Positions 17,834 to 26,680 of a stretch of 41,699 nt of DNA are shown one piece after another. Made by a program: the position numbers and the translations under genes. This DNA is from a virus (taxonomy: Duplodnaviria > Caudoviricetes). The notes beneath the pieces are model-generated. The model did not search any database and was not told the origin of the DNA. It saw only the letters and a list, made by a program, of their open reading frames with translations. The stretch covers positions 1 to 41,699 of IMG/VR virus record IMGVR_UViG_3300034053_000030; one strand, given 5' to 3'. The first letter of the stretch is position 1. Each line of letters begins with the position of its first letter.

Positions 17834-19328
17834 GGCGTGCCTCCGCTTCCTTGGCCTTGGCAAAGCGGATAGCCTTCGCCGTGATCCAGTTCTTAGTTTC
17901 CTGCCTCGGCTCGGTCGGAATATCTTTCATCCCGCGCGGCCAGACGCCGAACTTGTCCTTGTAGGCGTGCGCCACCCAACCGTCCGACCGCTTTCCTTTT
18001 AGCGACAGCAGTTCCGAGTAGAACAGTTGTTTCTCTGCCGCCGTCGCCTTGAGTTTGCCTTTCTGCACCAGCGCCAGTTCGCCGTCTATGCTCTCGACGG
18101 TGTTTGGCATCACCTGCTGAAATCCGCACTTCGGACAGATCGCCACTTTCGGCGGCTTGATGCAATGGCATTGCGGGCATTTCTTCGGCAATGCTTCTTC
18201 GGCCTTCGGTTTGGAGGCTTCTTTTGACCGTCCGTCGTCCAACTCAAGCGGCAGGTCGTCAGTCGGGAACCCCAAACGCTGCACCGTGCCGCTGTGGTCG
18301 ATCACCAAGGCGCGTTCTTTTGTCTGGTGGGGGCGAAGTACCCGGCCAATCATTTGAATGTACCTGATGAGGCTTTTTGTCGGTCTAGCGAGGATCATTG
18401 TCCGGCAGGCGGGGAAGTCCCAACCCTCAGTCAGAATCCCGACGTTGCTGATGATCGTCGTTTCGCCGCTTTCAACCCGCGCCAGGATCGCTTTTCGCTC
18501 GTCTTCGTCGGTGTAGCAGTCGATGTGCTCTGCCACCACGCCAGCCGCTCTGAACGATTCGACGATGTGCTTGCTGTGCGCTATGTTGGACGCAAAGCAG
18601 ACGGTCGGCAAGTCTTTCGACAACTTCAGCCAATGCTCGACAATATCGCCGATCAGTTGCGGCTTATCGACCGCGCGGCCCACGTCGGAATCGGCCCAGT
18701 CCATTTCACCGAAGGCGTTTTTGGACTGCTTGATGCCGCTCATGTCCGGCTCAGACGGCGCGTAGATGTCGCAATCGACCAGAAAGTTTTCGTCAATCAG
18801 CGCCTGAATTGAGGTCGCTACGGTCATTTCCTCAAACAGCGGCCCGCCCAATTCTGGATAGTGTTTCCCCATGCCGCGCGCGAACGGTGTGGCGCTCAAT
18901 CCGATCACCGGAACGGCAGACCGCTGAAAGATCACGTTGCGGAAGTCTTTCGATCCAGCTACGCCGTGCGCTTCGTCGATGATGATGATGTCGCAGTCTG
19001 GCATTCCGCGCCGCGCCACCGTCTGGATGCTGCCGACGATCACCTGCGCGTCGATGTTGCGGGTGTTGTCGCCCTGGATGATGCCGTGGGCAATGCCAGA
19101 CCGGAAGAAACGCGCGCTGGCCTGCCCAACGAGGTGAATCCGGTTGCACAGGAAAACGATCCGCTTGCCCTTGGCAATAGCTCCGGCAATTATCGCCATC
19201 GCCATTTCTGTTTTCCCGCTACCCGTAGGCGAGTAGAGCACCTGCCGCTTAACCCCCCTAGCCAAGCAAAAGCGCAACGCCTGAATCGCCCCGCTCTGGT
19301 ATTCCCGAAGGTTGAGAAGATGGCCCAT
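17823..19328 (-). CDS. superfamily 2 DEAD/DEAH helicase with C-terminal Zn ribbon
   Basis: LREYQ, SPTGSGKT, DEAH, SAT, QMIGRVLR, CPQC..CPKC. Confidence 0.95.
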   Translation of the reverse strand: MGHLLNLREYQSGAIQALRFCLARGVKRQVLYSPTGSGKTEMAMAIIAGAIAKGKRIVFLCNRIHLVGQASARFFRSGIAHGIIQGDNTRNIDAQVIVGSIQTVARRGMPDCDIIIIDEAHGVAGSKDFRNVIFQRSAVPVIGLSATPFARGMGKHYPELGGPLFEEMTVATSIQALIDENFLVDCDIYAPSEPDMSGIKQSKNAFGEMDWADSDVGRAVDKPQLIGDIVEHWLKLSKDLPTVCFASNIAHSKHIVESFRAAGVVAEHIDCYTDEDERKAILARVESGETTIISNVGILTEGWDFPACRTMILARPTKSLIRYIQMIGRVLRPHQTKERALVIDHSGTVQRLGFPTDDLPLELDDGRSKEASKPKAEEALPKKCPQCHCIKPPKVAICPKCGFQQVMPNTVESIDGELALVQKGKLKATAAEKQLFYSELLSLKGKRSDGWVAHAYKDKFGVWPRGMKDIPTEPRQETKNWITAKAIRFAKAKEAEARHAA

Positions 19329-19771
19329 TATTCGCCCCCCACAACCAGACGAAGAACTGGAGCAATTTTCGCCTTCTTGGCTAGGGGCTTTTTCTGCCTA
19401 TGTTTACTAACTTCTTGGGTGCAACTGGCTTCACCCGTCTTGGTCGCTTGACGGGTGCTGAAAACTTCACCCGTAGGGGTGCAACCGGCTTCACCCGTTA
19501 GCGCCTGCTCGTTTATGACAATGCCACGTGTCGCGCCGGGCTTTCCTCCTGCCTTGTTAAACAGGCAAACAAGTAGGCCAGACTCAAGCATTTCATTGAC
19601 GATGTATTGCGATTGGCGTTCGCTAATGCCGCATCTTTTAGCGATGAACTTGATTGATGGTGCCGCAGTCCTTGTCTTACTCAGGTCTGCTATCAGCAGC
19701 AAAACAAGCTTTCTGCTTGCCCCGCCGTGATACTTAGCCCAAACAAGCCTATATAGGTCTTTCTTGCTCAT
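19328..19771 (-). CDS. HTH replication initiator-like protein
   Basis: KLVLLLIAD..PSIKFIAKRCGISERQSQ (HTH_36-like); contains internal direct repeats. Confidence 0.65.
   Translation of the reverse strand: MSKKDLYRLVWAKYHGGASRKLVLLLIADLSKTRTAAPSIKFIAKRCGISERQSQYIVNEMLESGLLVCLFNKAGGKPGATRGIVINEQALTGEAGCTPTGEVFSTRQATKTGEASCTQEVSKHRQKKPLAKKAKIAPVLRLVVGGE
19417..19498. repeat. three 22-bp iteron-like repeats (candidate origin)
   Basis: GGGTGC-N6-CTTCACCCGT at 19417, 19453, 19477. Confidence 0.7.
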
Positions 19772-20286
19772 ATGTGCCTCCACGCCTTGCCTGCCTTGAT
19801 ATCAAATACGCAGGAGGCGCTTACGCCATATTTTCCAGCCAACGCAACTAACTGGCCGTGGTAGCTGTTTCCGCTAAATAACTCTCGCTTAATTTCGGCG
19901 ACTGATTCGTCGGTCAGCTTGTGGTTGAAGTGCGACTCGCCACTCTTGGCTCTTCGCAACCCTGTCCTGAAAGCGTGCAAATGGTTTTCAGATTGGCTAA
20001 CCCACTCAAGATTCGATCTGTTGTTATTGCTTTTGTCACCATCTACGTGATTGACTTGTGGCAAGCCGTCAGGGTTAGGAATAAACACCATTGCAACCAA
20101 ACGATGGACGTAAAACGCTGAATTTTTGATCCGCTTCAGCGTTACCGTTCTATATCCAGCGTGTGGAGATTGCGTCATTTCTTCAGTTTTTCCGGTGTTT
20201 CGATAGTTGAATGAAAACACCCTTCCATCAACTGACACGCCGTAATGCTCTTCGTACCCAGGAACGGGAACAATTTCAGGATTCAT
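19768..20286 (-). CDS. NUMOD4-HNH homing-type endonuclease
   Basis: VPGYEEHYGVS..GRV; VHRLVA; VNHVDGDKSNN..NLEWV..EN..H. Confidence 0.9.
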   Translation of the reverse strand: MNPEIVPVPGYEEHYGVSVDGRVFSFNYRNTGKTEEMTQSPHAGYRTVTLKRIKNSAFYVHRLVAMVFIPNPDGLPQVNHVDGDKSNNNRSNLEWVSQSENHLHAFRTGLRRAKSGESHFNHKLTDESVAEIKRELFSGNSYHGQLVALAGKYGVSASCVFDIKAGKAWRHI

Positions 20287-20298
20287 TTTGTTTTTCCC

Positions 20299-20410
20299 AA
20301 AAAAAAAGCCCTAGTCGGAACTCTCACGCTGGTAGCGTGTTGGCGGACTGGTTCGGTACCAGCAGAGTCCCGGCTAGGGCTTACCGAATGATTCCCCCGC
20401 CAAGGGGATG
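20299..20410 (-). ncRNA. C4-antisense-like structured RNA / attenuator 1
   Basis: hairpin with TTGGCG loop, then long stem with multiloop carrying CCGCCAA, closed by T9. Confidence 0.65.
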
Positions 20411-20439
20411 CGCTTCTCACGGCGCGACTACATTTTACA

Positions 20440-20670
20440 TCAAATCAGTTTCTTCTGCTGCGGTGCGCCGATAATCGGAACATCATCGCCGACGTGCTTG
20501 CGGTAAAGTTCAATCAGCCGATCACCAACAGACCACGGCGGGTCTTTAATCTCGTCCCTCGTCATTTTCCTCAAATAGTCCGGGTTGCCGTAATGAATCA
20601 GCCTCGCAACCTGGCGGCAGCTTCCGAAAATTGAGCTTAATTCTAGGATTATTTTTGACCAGTCTGGCAT
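20440..20670 (-). CDS. HTH regulator-like protein
   Basis: MPDWSKIILEL..SCRQVARLI..DPPWSVGDRLIELY. Confidence 0.55.
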   Translation of the reverse strand: MPDWSKIILELSSIFGSCRQVARLIHYGNPDYLRKMTRDEIKDPPWSVGDRLIELYRKHVGDDVPIIGAPQQKKLI

Positions 20671-20767
20671 TATCAAGCCCCAAGTATTTGGCACAAGAAG
20701 GCCCATAACCTAGCCGAAGTGACTCGGCGTCGGTAATGGGTCTATGGCAAAGTTTGCAGCGTGTCAC
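20546..20767 (-). CDS. DUF6011-like Zn-finger protein
   Basis: GTG overlapping MTase stop; CKLCHRPITDAESLRLGYGPSC. Confidence 0.6.
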   Translation of the reverse strand: MTRCKLCHRPITDAESLRLGYGPSCAKYLGLDNARLVKNNPRIKLNFRKLPPGCEADSLRQPGLFEENDEGRD

Positions 20768-22986
20768 AGCCTGCCAATCGGCGCGAACCGATCTTTGATG
20801 TTGGCGATGTTGCCCTTGTAGGCGACAATGATTTTCTGCTCTCGCTTCGGAAACTTGCGGGTGTGCAAGGTCTTTTTCGCGTGCGCCAGGCGGGTAAATT
20901 CGCACTCGACATAAACGATCTGGTTATAAACAGACAGACCATTTTCTTTGAAGAAAACTACAGTTTCAGCTTCGTGGCAATGGTACGCGCCGTTTTTATC
21001 CCGGCTATCGCCGGTCATAACAACGAAAAAGCTGTCGTCCTTCAGGTGCTCGATGGCTTTCTTGTACCCCTTGAAAAGCAAATCCCTGAACTTCTCGTAG
21101 GTGTCAAAAGAGTTCAACTCACCTTCGGGCGGCTTGCCGTCGTAATCGACGTAATGCTCGACTTTGTAATACGGTGGGCAGGTGAAAACCATATCGAACA
21201 TTCCGTCCGGGGCGTGCGTCGATGAGTCGCTTTGCACCCACTTCACGCGCCCGCCAAACTCCGAGCAAATTTTATTGTTCGCATCGGCTTGGTTCTGCCT
21301 GATCTCGCTGGCGTAATATTCATAACCGCAAGCGCCTGCAACGTAGCCCATCTGAACGCCGCCGCCAAACGGGTTATAAACGCGCCCGCCATTTTTGGGC
21401 ATAAACATCCTAGCAATGGTTTCGCATGCAACAGGATCAAGAACCGAGGCATTCCCGTTGTGCGCTTTTGTTGTTGTCTCAATCTCGCCGGCCGCGTTGA
21501 TCTTCTTCTTTGAATTAACGATATTGCTCATGCCTTGCTCGCCTTGCCAGCAGCCTTCGCGAGTTGCATACGATGGGTTTGCCACGCCATTGACTTCACC
21601 GGCCAGGTCAATGCGCTCGCGCCATTCTTTCTTAAGCCGCAGCCAGTCGCCTTTAACCGTGTTCCACACGTTTGTCATGGTGATGTGTGCCAACAATTTG
21701 AGCCGCATCGTTTCGATATCACCCAGAACCATGTAATGAAACCCTGACATTTTCAGATAGGTTACGAAGCCAAGGCTTTCAAAAAGCGCCGGAGTTTCAA
21801 ACTTGCTTTTCGGATCGGTGGTAATCATCGCCGGATAGCCGTAGGTGTTCTGGTCGATCACCGCCTGCACCATTTTGGCGTAGAGTTCCTTGGTGTAAGT
21901 CTTCGGCTCGATCACCGATTGCAGCAGGCAAAATTCCTTCGATTCATGATTCACTTGGAACGTGAAAAATCCGGCGAACTCGCCATTGACCTTGAGGATG
22001 ATGGCCGAGTGAATCTGCATGTTCTTGCGCGCCGCCCGCTTGGCGATATCGTCTTCAATCGCCAGTTTCGACACGCTTTCCTCATACCCAGAACCGATCA
22101 CGCTCGGCGCGTAAATCCATTGGTATTCGTTTTTAATCAGGTCCATCTGCAATGCTGAGTTCATGGTTTCTTCCTTTTTGGGTTGTGTAACTTCAACTCC
22201 GCACTGATCCGGGCAGGCTTCGCACGTCCCGAGATAAATGCCAGCGTTATGTAATGAAACAAACTTCCCACCGCCTACTGCTTCGTCAATTTTCGTTAGG
22301 ATTATTTCTCCTTTCTTGACTCGTTCGTTTGAATTGCTGGCCCGCAATGGATTGTCAATCACGGGATGAATTGATAACAGATAGTCCTGTTTTGCTTTGC
22401 TATTAACTGCCCAATCTGAGTCGCCAAAGGCGCAGGTCACCACACGATTAACGCTCCGCAAACCGGCCACTCTAATGCGCTCAATTTGCCTGAGCCGGTG
22501 CTTCGTTTCGGCTTCGGTATCGAGCGCGCTGGTTGAGGTGTTGATAACCGCGCCAACCGCATGAAGTCGCGCCAGGTGGGCGTCTGTTAGTACCCTCCAA
22601 TGCTTGGTGATGATGACCGGAACCTTGCCTGTTCCGCGCAACGCCTCGCACACAGCAATCGTGTTATCCCAATCGTGAGACGGATCGCCGGCCGTGCCGA
22701 TGCGATACCATGAGGCATGGTGATCGCGCACCGCAATAAACACGTCGGCGCGGTTAATGTGATTGAACAACAGACGAGACACGCTGACCGAGAAGTCGAT
22801 ACCGTATTGATGCGCGGTCTTACTGGCGTAGCACTCTCCGTAGCAACCGCCGTTCGGGTAGCGTTTCATGCCAATGGCGCAACCCTTTACGGTATCCACA
22901 TCAAGTACGCCCTTGGCGTTCTTAACTGCGGTCACCAGCGGCAGGTAATGCCGTTTTGCGTGTTGCTCTCTGCTAAAAAATTCCAT
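20764..22986 (-). CDS. fusion: radical-SAM-like Fe-S domain + GNAT-like domain + amino-DNA methyltransferase
   Basis: GC-x11-CYGECYA, IGTAGDPS, IITKH; GNAT-like middle (FAGFFTF..LFESLGF); NPFGGG motif I and FTCPPYY motif IV; in-frame SD+ATG at 22164. Confidence 0.7.
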   Translation of the reverse strand: MEFFSREQHAKRHYLPLVTAVKNAKGVLDVDTVKGCAIGMKRYPNGGCYGECYASKTAHQYGIDFSVSVSRLLFNHINRADVFIAVRDHHASWYRIGTAGDPSHDWDNTIAVCEALRGTGKVPVIITKHWRVLTDAHLARLHAVGAVINTSTSALDTEAETKHRLRQIERIRVAGLRSVNRVVTCAFGDSDWAVNSKAKQDYLLSIHPVIDNPLRASNSNERVKKGEIILTKIDEAVGGGKFVSLHNAGIYLGTCEACPDQCGVEVTQPKKEETMNSALQMDLIKNEYQWIYAPSVIGSGYEESVSKLAIEDDIAKRAARKNMQIHSAIILKVNGEFAGFFTFQVNHESKEFCLLQSVIEPKTYTKELYAKMVQAVIDQNTYGYPAMITTDPKSKFETPALFESLGFVTYLKMSGFHYMVLGDIETMRLKLLAHITMTNVWNTVKGDWLRLKKEWRERIDLAGEVNGVANPSYATREGCWQGEQGMSNIVNSKKKINAAGEIETTTKAHNGNASVLDPVACETIARMFMPKNGGRVYNPFGGGVQMGYVAGACGYEYYASEIRQNQADANNKICSEFGGRVKWVQSDSSTHAPDGMFDMVFTCPPYYKVEHYVDYDGKPPEGELNSFDTYEKFRDLLFKGYKKAIEHLKDDSFFVVMTGDSRDKNGAYHCHEAETVVFFKENGLSVYNQIVYVECEFTRLAHAKKTLHTRKFPKREQKIIVAYKGNIANIKDRFAPIGRL

Positions 22987-23009
22987 TTGTGCCACAGCGG
23001 AATGCCCAT

Positions 23010-23112
23010 AAAAAAGCCCGTAGATTCCACCCTCTCCTTGCGGAGTTGGCCGACCCACGAGTCATGGGCAGGGTGGAAACTACGGGCTACTCTGAATGTG
23101 CGGCCAAGCACA
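23010..23112 (-). ncRNA. C4-antisense-like structured RNA / attenuator 2
   Basis: TGTGC-TTGGCC-GCACA hairpin, then stem/multiloop with CGGCCAA, T6. Confidence 0.65.
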
Positions 23113-23117
23113 ATGCG

Positions 23118-23146
23118 ATATTACAACGAACTAAGCGCGCCGGCAA
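23118..23146 (-). promoter_or_regulatory. sigma70-like promoter upstream of RNA element 2
   Basis: TTGCCG-17-TAATAT. Confidence 0.55.
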
Positions 23147-23331
23147 ACTTTATGTAGCCCGCACTCAGCCCGCGCCACTTCGCAGACGCACTGAGCGTGC
23201 CCGTTTTTAACCGCCCGGTCGTGATCGTATAGCGCCTGTTTAAGCAGCGCCCAGGTTACATCGGTAGGCTCTAGGCAATGGGCTTTAGCAGCGCGAACGA
23301 CTTCTGCCGATAGTTCGGATAGCGTGGTCAT
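23131..23331 (-). CDS. hypothetical protein
   Basis: MTTLSELSAE..., GGAGG SD. Confidence 0.5.
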   Translation of the reverse strand: MTTLSELSAEVVRAAKAHCLEPTDVTWALLKQALYDHDRAVKNGHAQCVCEVARAECGLHKVCRRA

Positions 23332-23975
23332 GGCTTCCCCTCCTTGGCGATGGCGGCGAGCAGTTCGGATTTGACCAGCTCGAAGCAATAAACAACAATC
23401 TCCTGATCCGATATTGGAGAAAGCCGATACTGCTGCATCACTTCGTAAAAGTCTTGGCTGTCGAGATAAGACGCCAGCCGTTCCACGTCTTGGCCTGACG
23501 AGGCGGGGTGGGTGTAGAGGAATCCGCTTTCAGGGCAATTGTCGTAGAGATTCCCGTATAGTTCTCTTTTGCCGTTGTCATCAACGCTTAGGTGAATGTC
23601 TCCGACAGGCTCCGACTGCGCCTTAAGCGAGGCAAGTTCTTCCTGCAACTCACGCATCCGCTCCATTGCCGGGATGCGATCCACTGGCAAATCATTACGC
23701 TGCGTGGCAAGGCGTAGGCGATCAACCACGTTCTGATGGTTGGCCTTCCACTGCACTAACTCCTTCGCCAGCTCATCGCGCTCGGCCGCAATGGTCGCGG
23801 CGTAGGTCTTGAGGCCGGCGATCTCGGCTTGCGCGTCGTCAAGTTCATTGGCCGCACGATTGCAATCGTGCCATGCGTTATTTGCTCCGTCCATGTCGCC
23901 GAACTTGTTGCCGTATTTCTCGGCATTCTTCATATACGCCGAATAGCGTTCAACTGATTGCATTAAGTCGCACAT
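23328..23975 (-). CDS. hypothetical coiled-coil protein
   Basis: 215 aa ORF, coupled to ninG. Confidence 0.6.
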   Translation of the reverse strand: MCDLMQSVERYSAYMKNAEKYGNKFGDMDGANNAWHDCNRAANELDDAQAEIAGLKTYAATIAAERDELAKELVQWKANHQNVVDRLRLATQRNDLPVDRIPAMERMRELQEELASLKAQSEPVGDIHLSVDDNGKRELYGNLYDNCPESGFLYTHPASSGQDVERLASYLDSQDFYEVMQQYRLSPISDQEIVVYCFELVKSELLAAIAKEGKP

Positions 23976-24598
23976 GCTTTCTCCCTCGTTAGTTCGCGCA
24001 ATTTAGCGCGGTAGTGATCACGCAATGCCTTGAGTTCAGCTATGGTGTATTTCTTCGGTTCGTGCGGACCCTCCAGCCACTCAACCTTTTCCAGTCCAAT
24101 ACGCTTAACAAGCGCCTGACGATACGGAATCGTTGCCCCGTGGTTGTCACAGTTACATTGCGAGCATTGTTTCCATATGTTCAATTCCTCCAGCGCCAAA
24201 GCGGGCTGGCGTCCCCGCCCGACGTAGTGGCCGGCATGGTATTGAACAGCGTTCATGTTGCCGCATGAAATACAACCTTCTTCGGCAAACAGCGCACGCC
24301 GGTAAGCATTAACCGCCGATTGTGTCTCCTTCATCCAATCAGCCCGCGTTTTGATCTTCTCCTTGCGCGCCTTGATTTCCTTGCGCTCGGCCTTTTTCAA
24401 CGCTTTTTCGTCTGAAACACGTTTCCGCGCTGATTTTTCTGCCACGGTGAGCGCATAGGCGACGTTGCAAGAGTATTCGCCGCAGGTTGGTTGCAGCGGT
24501 CGCGTCGGCTGATACTCTTGCCGACAGATGCGGCATTTTTTAGATTTCACTCGCTTAAACCCCATCGCGCCCATCATGGAATCAAAGGTCGGGTTCAT
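23963..24598 (-). CDS. ninG: NinG/Rap recombination endonuclease
   Basis: CRIC..C..C N-terminus; CISCG..HAGHY..NIWKQCSQCN; LEKVEWLEG. Confidence 0.9.
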   Translation of the reverse strand: MNPTFDSMMGAMGFKRVKSKKCRICRQEYQPTRPLQPTCGEYSCNVAYALTVAEKSARKRVSDEKALKKAERKEIKARKEKIKTRADWMKETQSAVNAYRRALFAEEGCISCGNMNAVQYHAGHYVGRGRQPALALEELNIWKQCSQCNCDNHGATIPYRQALVKRIGLEKVEWLEGPHEPKKYTIAELKALRDHYRAKLRELTREKACAT

Positions 24599-24993
24599 CT
24601 GTACCCCTCCGGCGGTGCAATCTCATGCTCAGACCAGACCACGTTTCTTTCTGCTCCAAAGGCCATCACCAGTTCTAAAAGCTCCGAAAACATCGCCTTG
24701 CTCATCTTACTGGTCCGCTGGCCAAGGATTACAAAGCCAGTTCCGTCCATATTCGGCACGACGCGAGACTTTACCAGTCCAGCCGAAAGCAGGTCCTTGA
24801 ACTCATCGGCAGACAGTTTGATGCCGTGCCAGGTGGTTTGCTTGGCGATGTCGTTGAGCGCGGCCCAAAGCGCGGCATTCTGAGCAAGCCCGCGACTAGG
24901 TTCCTTGATTTCGCAGTACCAGCCATCCGGCGCCGCATCAATCGCGGCATGGGCGCGCTGGCGGGCGGTGGCGTGGGCGAGGATGTATTTCAT
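24595..24993 (-). CDS. ninB: NinB/Orf recombination protein
   Basis: RGLAQNAALWAALNDIAKQ..GQRTSKMSKAMFSELLE. Confidence 0.9.
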   Translation of the reverse strand: MKYILAHATARQRAHAAIDAAPDGWYCEIKEPSRGLAQNAALWAALNDIAKQTTWHGIKLSADEFKDLLSAGLVKSRVVPNMDGTGFVILGQRTSKMSKAMFSELLELVMAFGAERNVVWSEHEIAPPEGYR

Positions 24994-25235
24994 GCGACTT
25001 CCGGTGCAGGAGTCAGCGGACGTTCGCCGCTATCGAACGGCTCCAGCGCATCGCGGAACTCGTCAGCAAGCGCGACCATCGCCGACGCAATGTCTTCGTG
25101 CGAGCAATGTTCAAAGTCTTCGCGCACAATCAACGCCAGCAGCGGCGCTAAGTGCATCGTGCGCAACTCGTTCCGACGCTTCATCAGCCGCTGAAGCTCT
25201 TCCTCTTCGCGCTTCGTCCATTTGTCTTTCATCAT
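24990..25235 (-). CDS. hypothetical protein
   Basis: 81 aa, coupled ORF. Confidence 0.55.
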   Translation of the reverse strand: MMKDKWTKREEEELQRLMKRRNELRTMHLAPLLALIVREDFEHCSHEDIASAMVALADEFRDALEPFDSGERPLTPAPEVA

Positions 25236-25411
25236 TCCCCCCGTTTGTACCCGGCGCGCTTCAAGGCCCGCGCTAGCCTCTTGTCATCCAACAGCACATG
25301 CGCCGGAATGCCGCGCTGCGCCCAATTTGCCACGGTCGATTGCTTGTAACCGTAGCGCCTAGCCACCTCGCCAGACTTGCCGAGTTTTGCGATTACTTCC
25401 TTTGCTTCCAT
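25232..25411 (-). CDS. Cro-like HTH regulator
   Basis: VIAKLGKSGEVARRYGYKQSTVANWAQRGIP; first gene after leftward promoter. Confidence 0.8.
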   Translation of the reverse strand: MEAKEVIAKLGKSGEVARRYGYKQSTVANWAQRGIPAHVLLDDKRLARALKRAGYKRGE

Positions 25412-25438
25412 TGTCGGGCTCCAATGACTAATAGCTGT

Positions 25439-25531
25439 ATGGTAGCGGCTAATCAATCAATAGTCAATCCCGCCTTGTGATAAAAATTTTCACAAAAAGG
25501 GATTGACTGGGCGGAATTGCTTTGCTAAAGT
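25439..25531. promoter_or_regulatory. divergent early promoters with nested palindromic operators
   Basis: Leftward TTGACT(25462-25467)-17-TACCAT; rightward TTGACT(25503-25508)-17-TAAAGT; inverted repeats AGTCAATCCC/GGGATTGACT and TTGTGA-N9-TCACAA. Confidence 0.8.
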
Positions 25532-25567
25532 TCGATCACTGCAACGCAACTACAAAGGGGAAACGAA

Positions 25568-25723
25568 ATGACCATCGAACAAAAAATTGCCGAAGAGTTT
25601 TGCGCCGAGTTCGCTGCAACTGGTAGCGTTTCGTTGGCCTTTAACAAGGTCTTTGGCGCCGGCGCTTACGAACAGTTTGCCGGCGATCTTTACGACGCTC
25701 TCCGCGCCAAGGTCGGCAAATGA
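25568..25723 (+). CDS. hypothetical protein (51 aa, not in ORF track)
   Basis: MTIEQKIAEEFCAEFAATG...LRAKVGK; AAGGGG SD; first rightward gene. Confidence 0.65.
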   Translation: MTIEQKIAEEFCAEFAATGSVSLAFNKVFGAGAYEQFAGDLYDALRAKVGK

Positions 25724-25941
25724 AAGCTGCCCACCATCCGTCACTATTCGCCAGCCGCGCAGCAAGCGATGTGCCCGTGACCAAATACAAACGCGGCCAG
25801 GTCGTATCAGTCGAAGTGGTCGCAGCCGGCACGCTTGAAACGGCCAAGACCGACATCACCCCAAAGCGCGGCCCGAAGCCGAAGAAGCCCGATGCAGCTA
25901 AATTTGCCGAAACCGGCGCTTACCAGTGGAGAGAAGAATGA
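25720..25941 (+). CDS. hypothetical protein
   Basis: ATGA-coupled 73 aa ORF. Confidence 0.5.
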   Translation: MKAAHHPSLFASRAASDVPVTKYKRGQVVSVEVVAAGTLETAKTDITPKRGPKPKKPDAAKFAETGAYQWREE

Positions 25942-26162
25942 ACAACTTACACCCGATCATGGCCCGCGCGCTGAATCCGTTTATTCCGCCGAGACCGTTG
26001 CGCGTCTTTACCGTGTCCATCTCCGGACGCGATCCGCTGAACGTCTTAGCGCCTTCGTCCATGGCAGCGATCAGCCGAGCGATTGAACTGCAATTCTCGG
26101 ATGACGACGAATGCCCGGCAGAGGGGATTTCGATTACTTGCAAGCCGGGCGCGCAATCGTGA
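25938..26162 (+). CDS. hypothetical protein
   Basis: MNNLHPIMARAL...; GGAG SD. Confidence 0.55.
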   Translation: MNNLHPIMARALNPFIPPRPLRVFTVSISGRDPLNVLAPSSMAAISRAIELQFSDDDECPAEGISITCKPGAQS

Positions 26163-26341
26163 AGCGCCTTATTCAATGGATGCGCGACCTACTCGCCGCC
26201 GACCGTCAAACGCTGCTTGATGACCTCCTGCACGAGCGCGAATTGATCCGCGACAGGATCGCCGCGTTTCGACAGGCAGAGGCAGATTGCGAGCGGCGGA
26301 TTCGTTCGGTCCAGCTTCAACTTATCAGGGACGCGAAATGA
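26159..26341 (+). CDS. hypothetical coiled-coil protein
   Basis: GTGA-coupled; KRLIQWMRDLL... Confidence 0.5.
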   Translation: MKRLIQWMRDLLAADRQTLLDDLLHERELIRDRIAAFRQAEADCERRIRSVQLQLIRDAK

Positions 26342-26430
26342 CGCCAGAACGCGAAGCGCAGGTCTGGCGCTGGATCATTCTGTTTCTTGTCGCCGCCTTC
26401 TGGGCGGTCGTTTATTGGGGGCTGGCATGA
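26338..26430 (+). CDS. 30-aa single-TM peptide
   Basis: MTPEREAQVWRWIILFLVAAFWAVVYWGLA; ATGA-coupled at both ends. Confidence 0.55.
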   Translation: MTPEREAQVWRWIILFLVAAFWAVVYWGLA

Positions 26431-26528
26431 AAGACTTTTGGAACGACATTGACTTTATCGAGGGCTGCGTCATTGGCGTTTGCCTGCTGATGATGGCTGG
26501 CGGTGCGATTGCGATGGTGATGCTGTGA
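26427..26528 (+). CDS. 33-aa single-TM peptide
   Basis: MKDFWNDIDFIEGCVIGVCLLMMAGGAIAMVML; coupled at both ends. Confidence 0.55.
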   Translation: MKDFWNDIDFIEGCVIGVCLLMMAGGAIAMVML

Positions 26529-26680
26529 TCCACGATAACCCATACGACGCCGCTGATGAGGCATGGCGCGACGAAGACCTCCGGCAGGCATTGGCCGACC
26601 AAGCGGACGAGGAATACAACGACCGCCGGCAACTTGGCCAGGCTGATGATCTGACCTGTGACGCAACGAAAGGCGAATGA
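26525..26680 (+). CDS. small acidic protein
   Basis: GTG start overlapping stop; IHDNPYDAADEAWRDED. Confidence 0.45.
   Translation: MIHDNPYDAADEAWRDEDLRQALADQADEEYNDRRQLGQADDLTCDATKGE

Noticed and set aside
22987-23058. ORF-track start at 23058 for the MTase fusion
   Set aside because: Lies inside the structured RNA/terminator; ATG at 22986 is more plausible, though it lacks a clear SD
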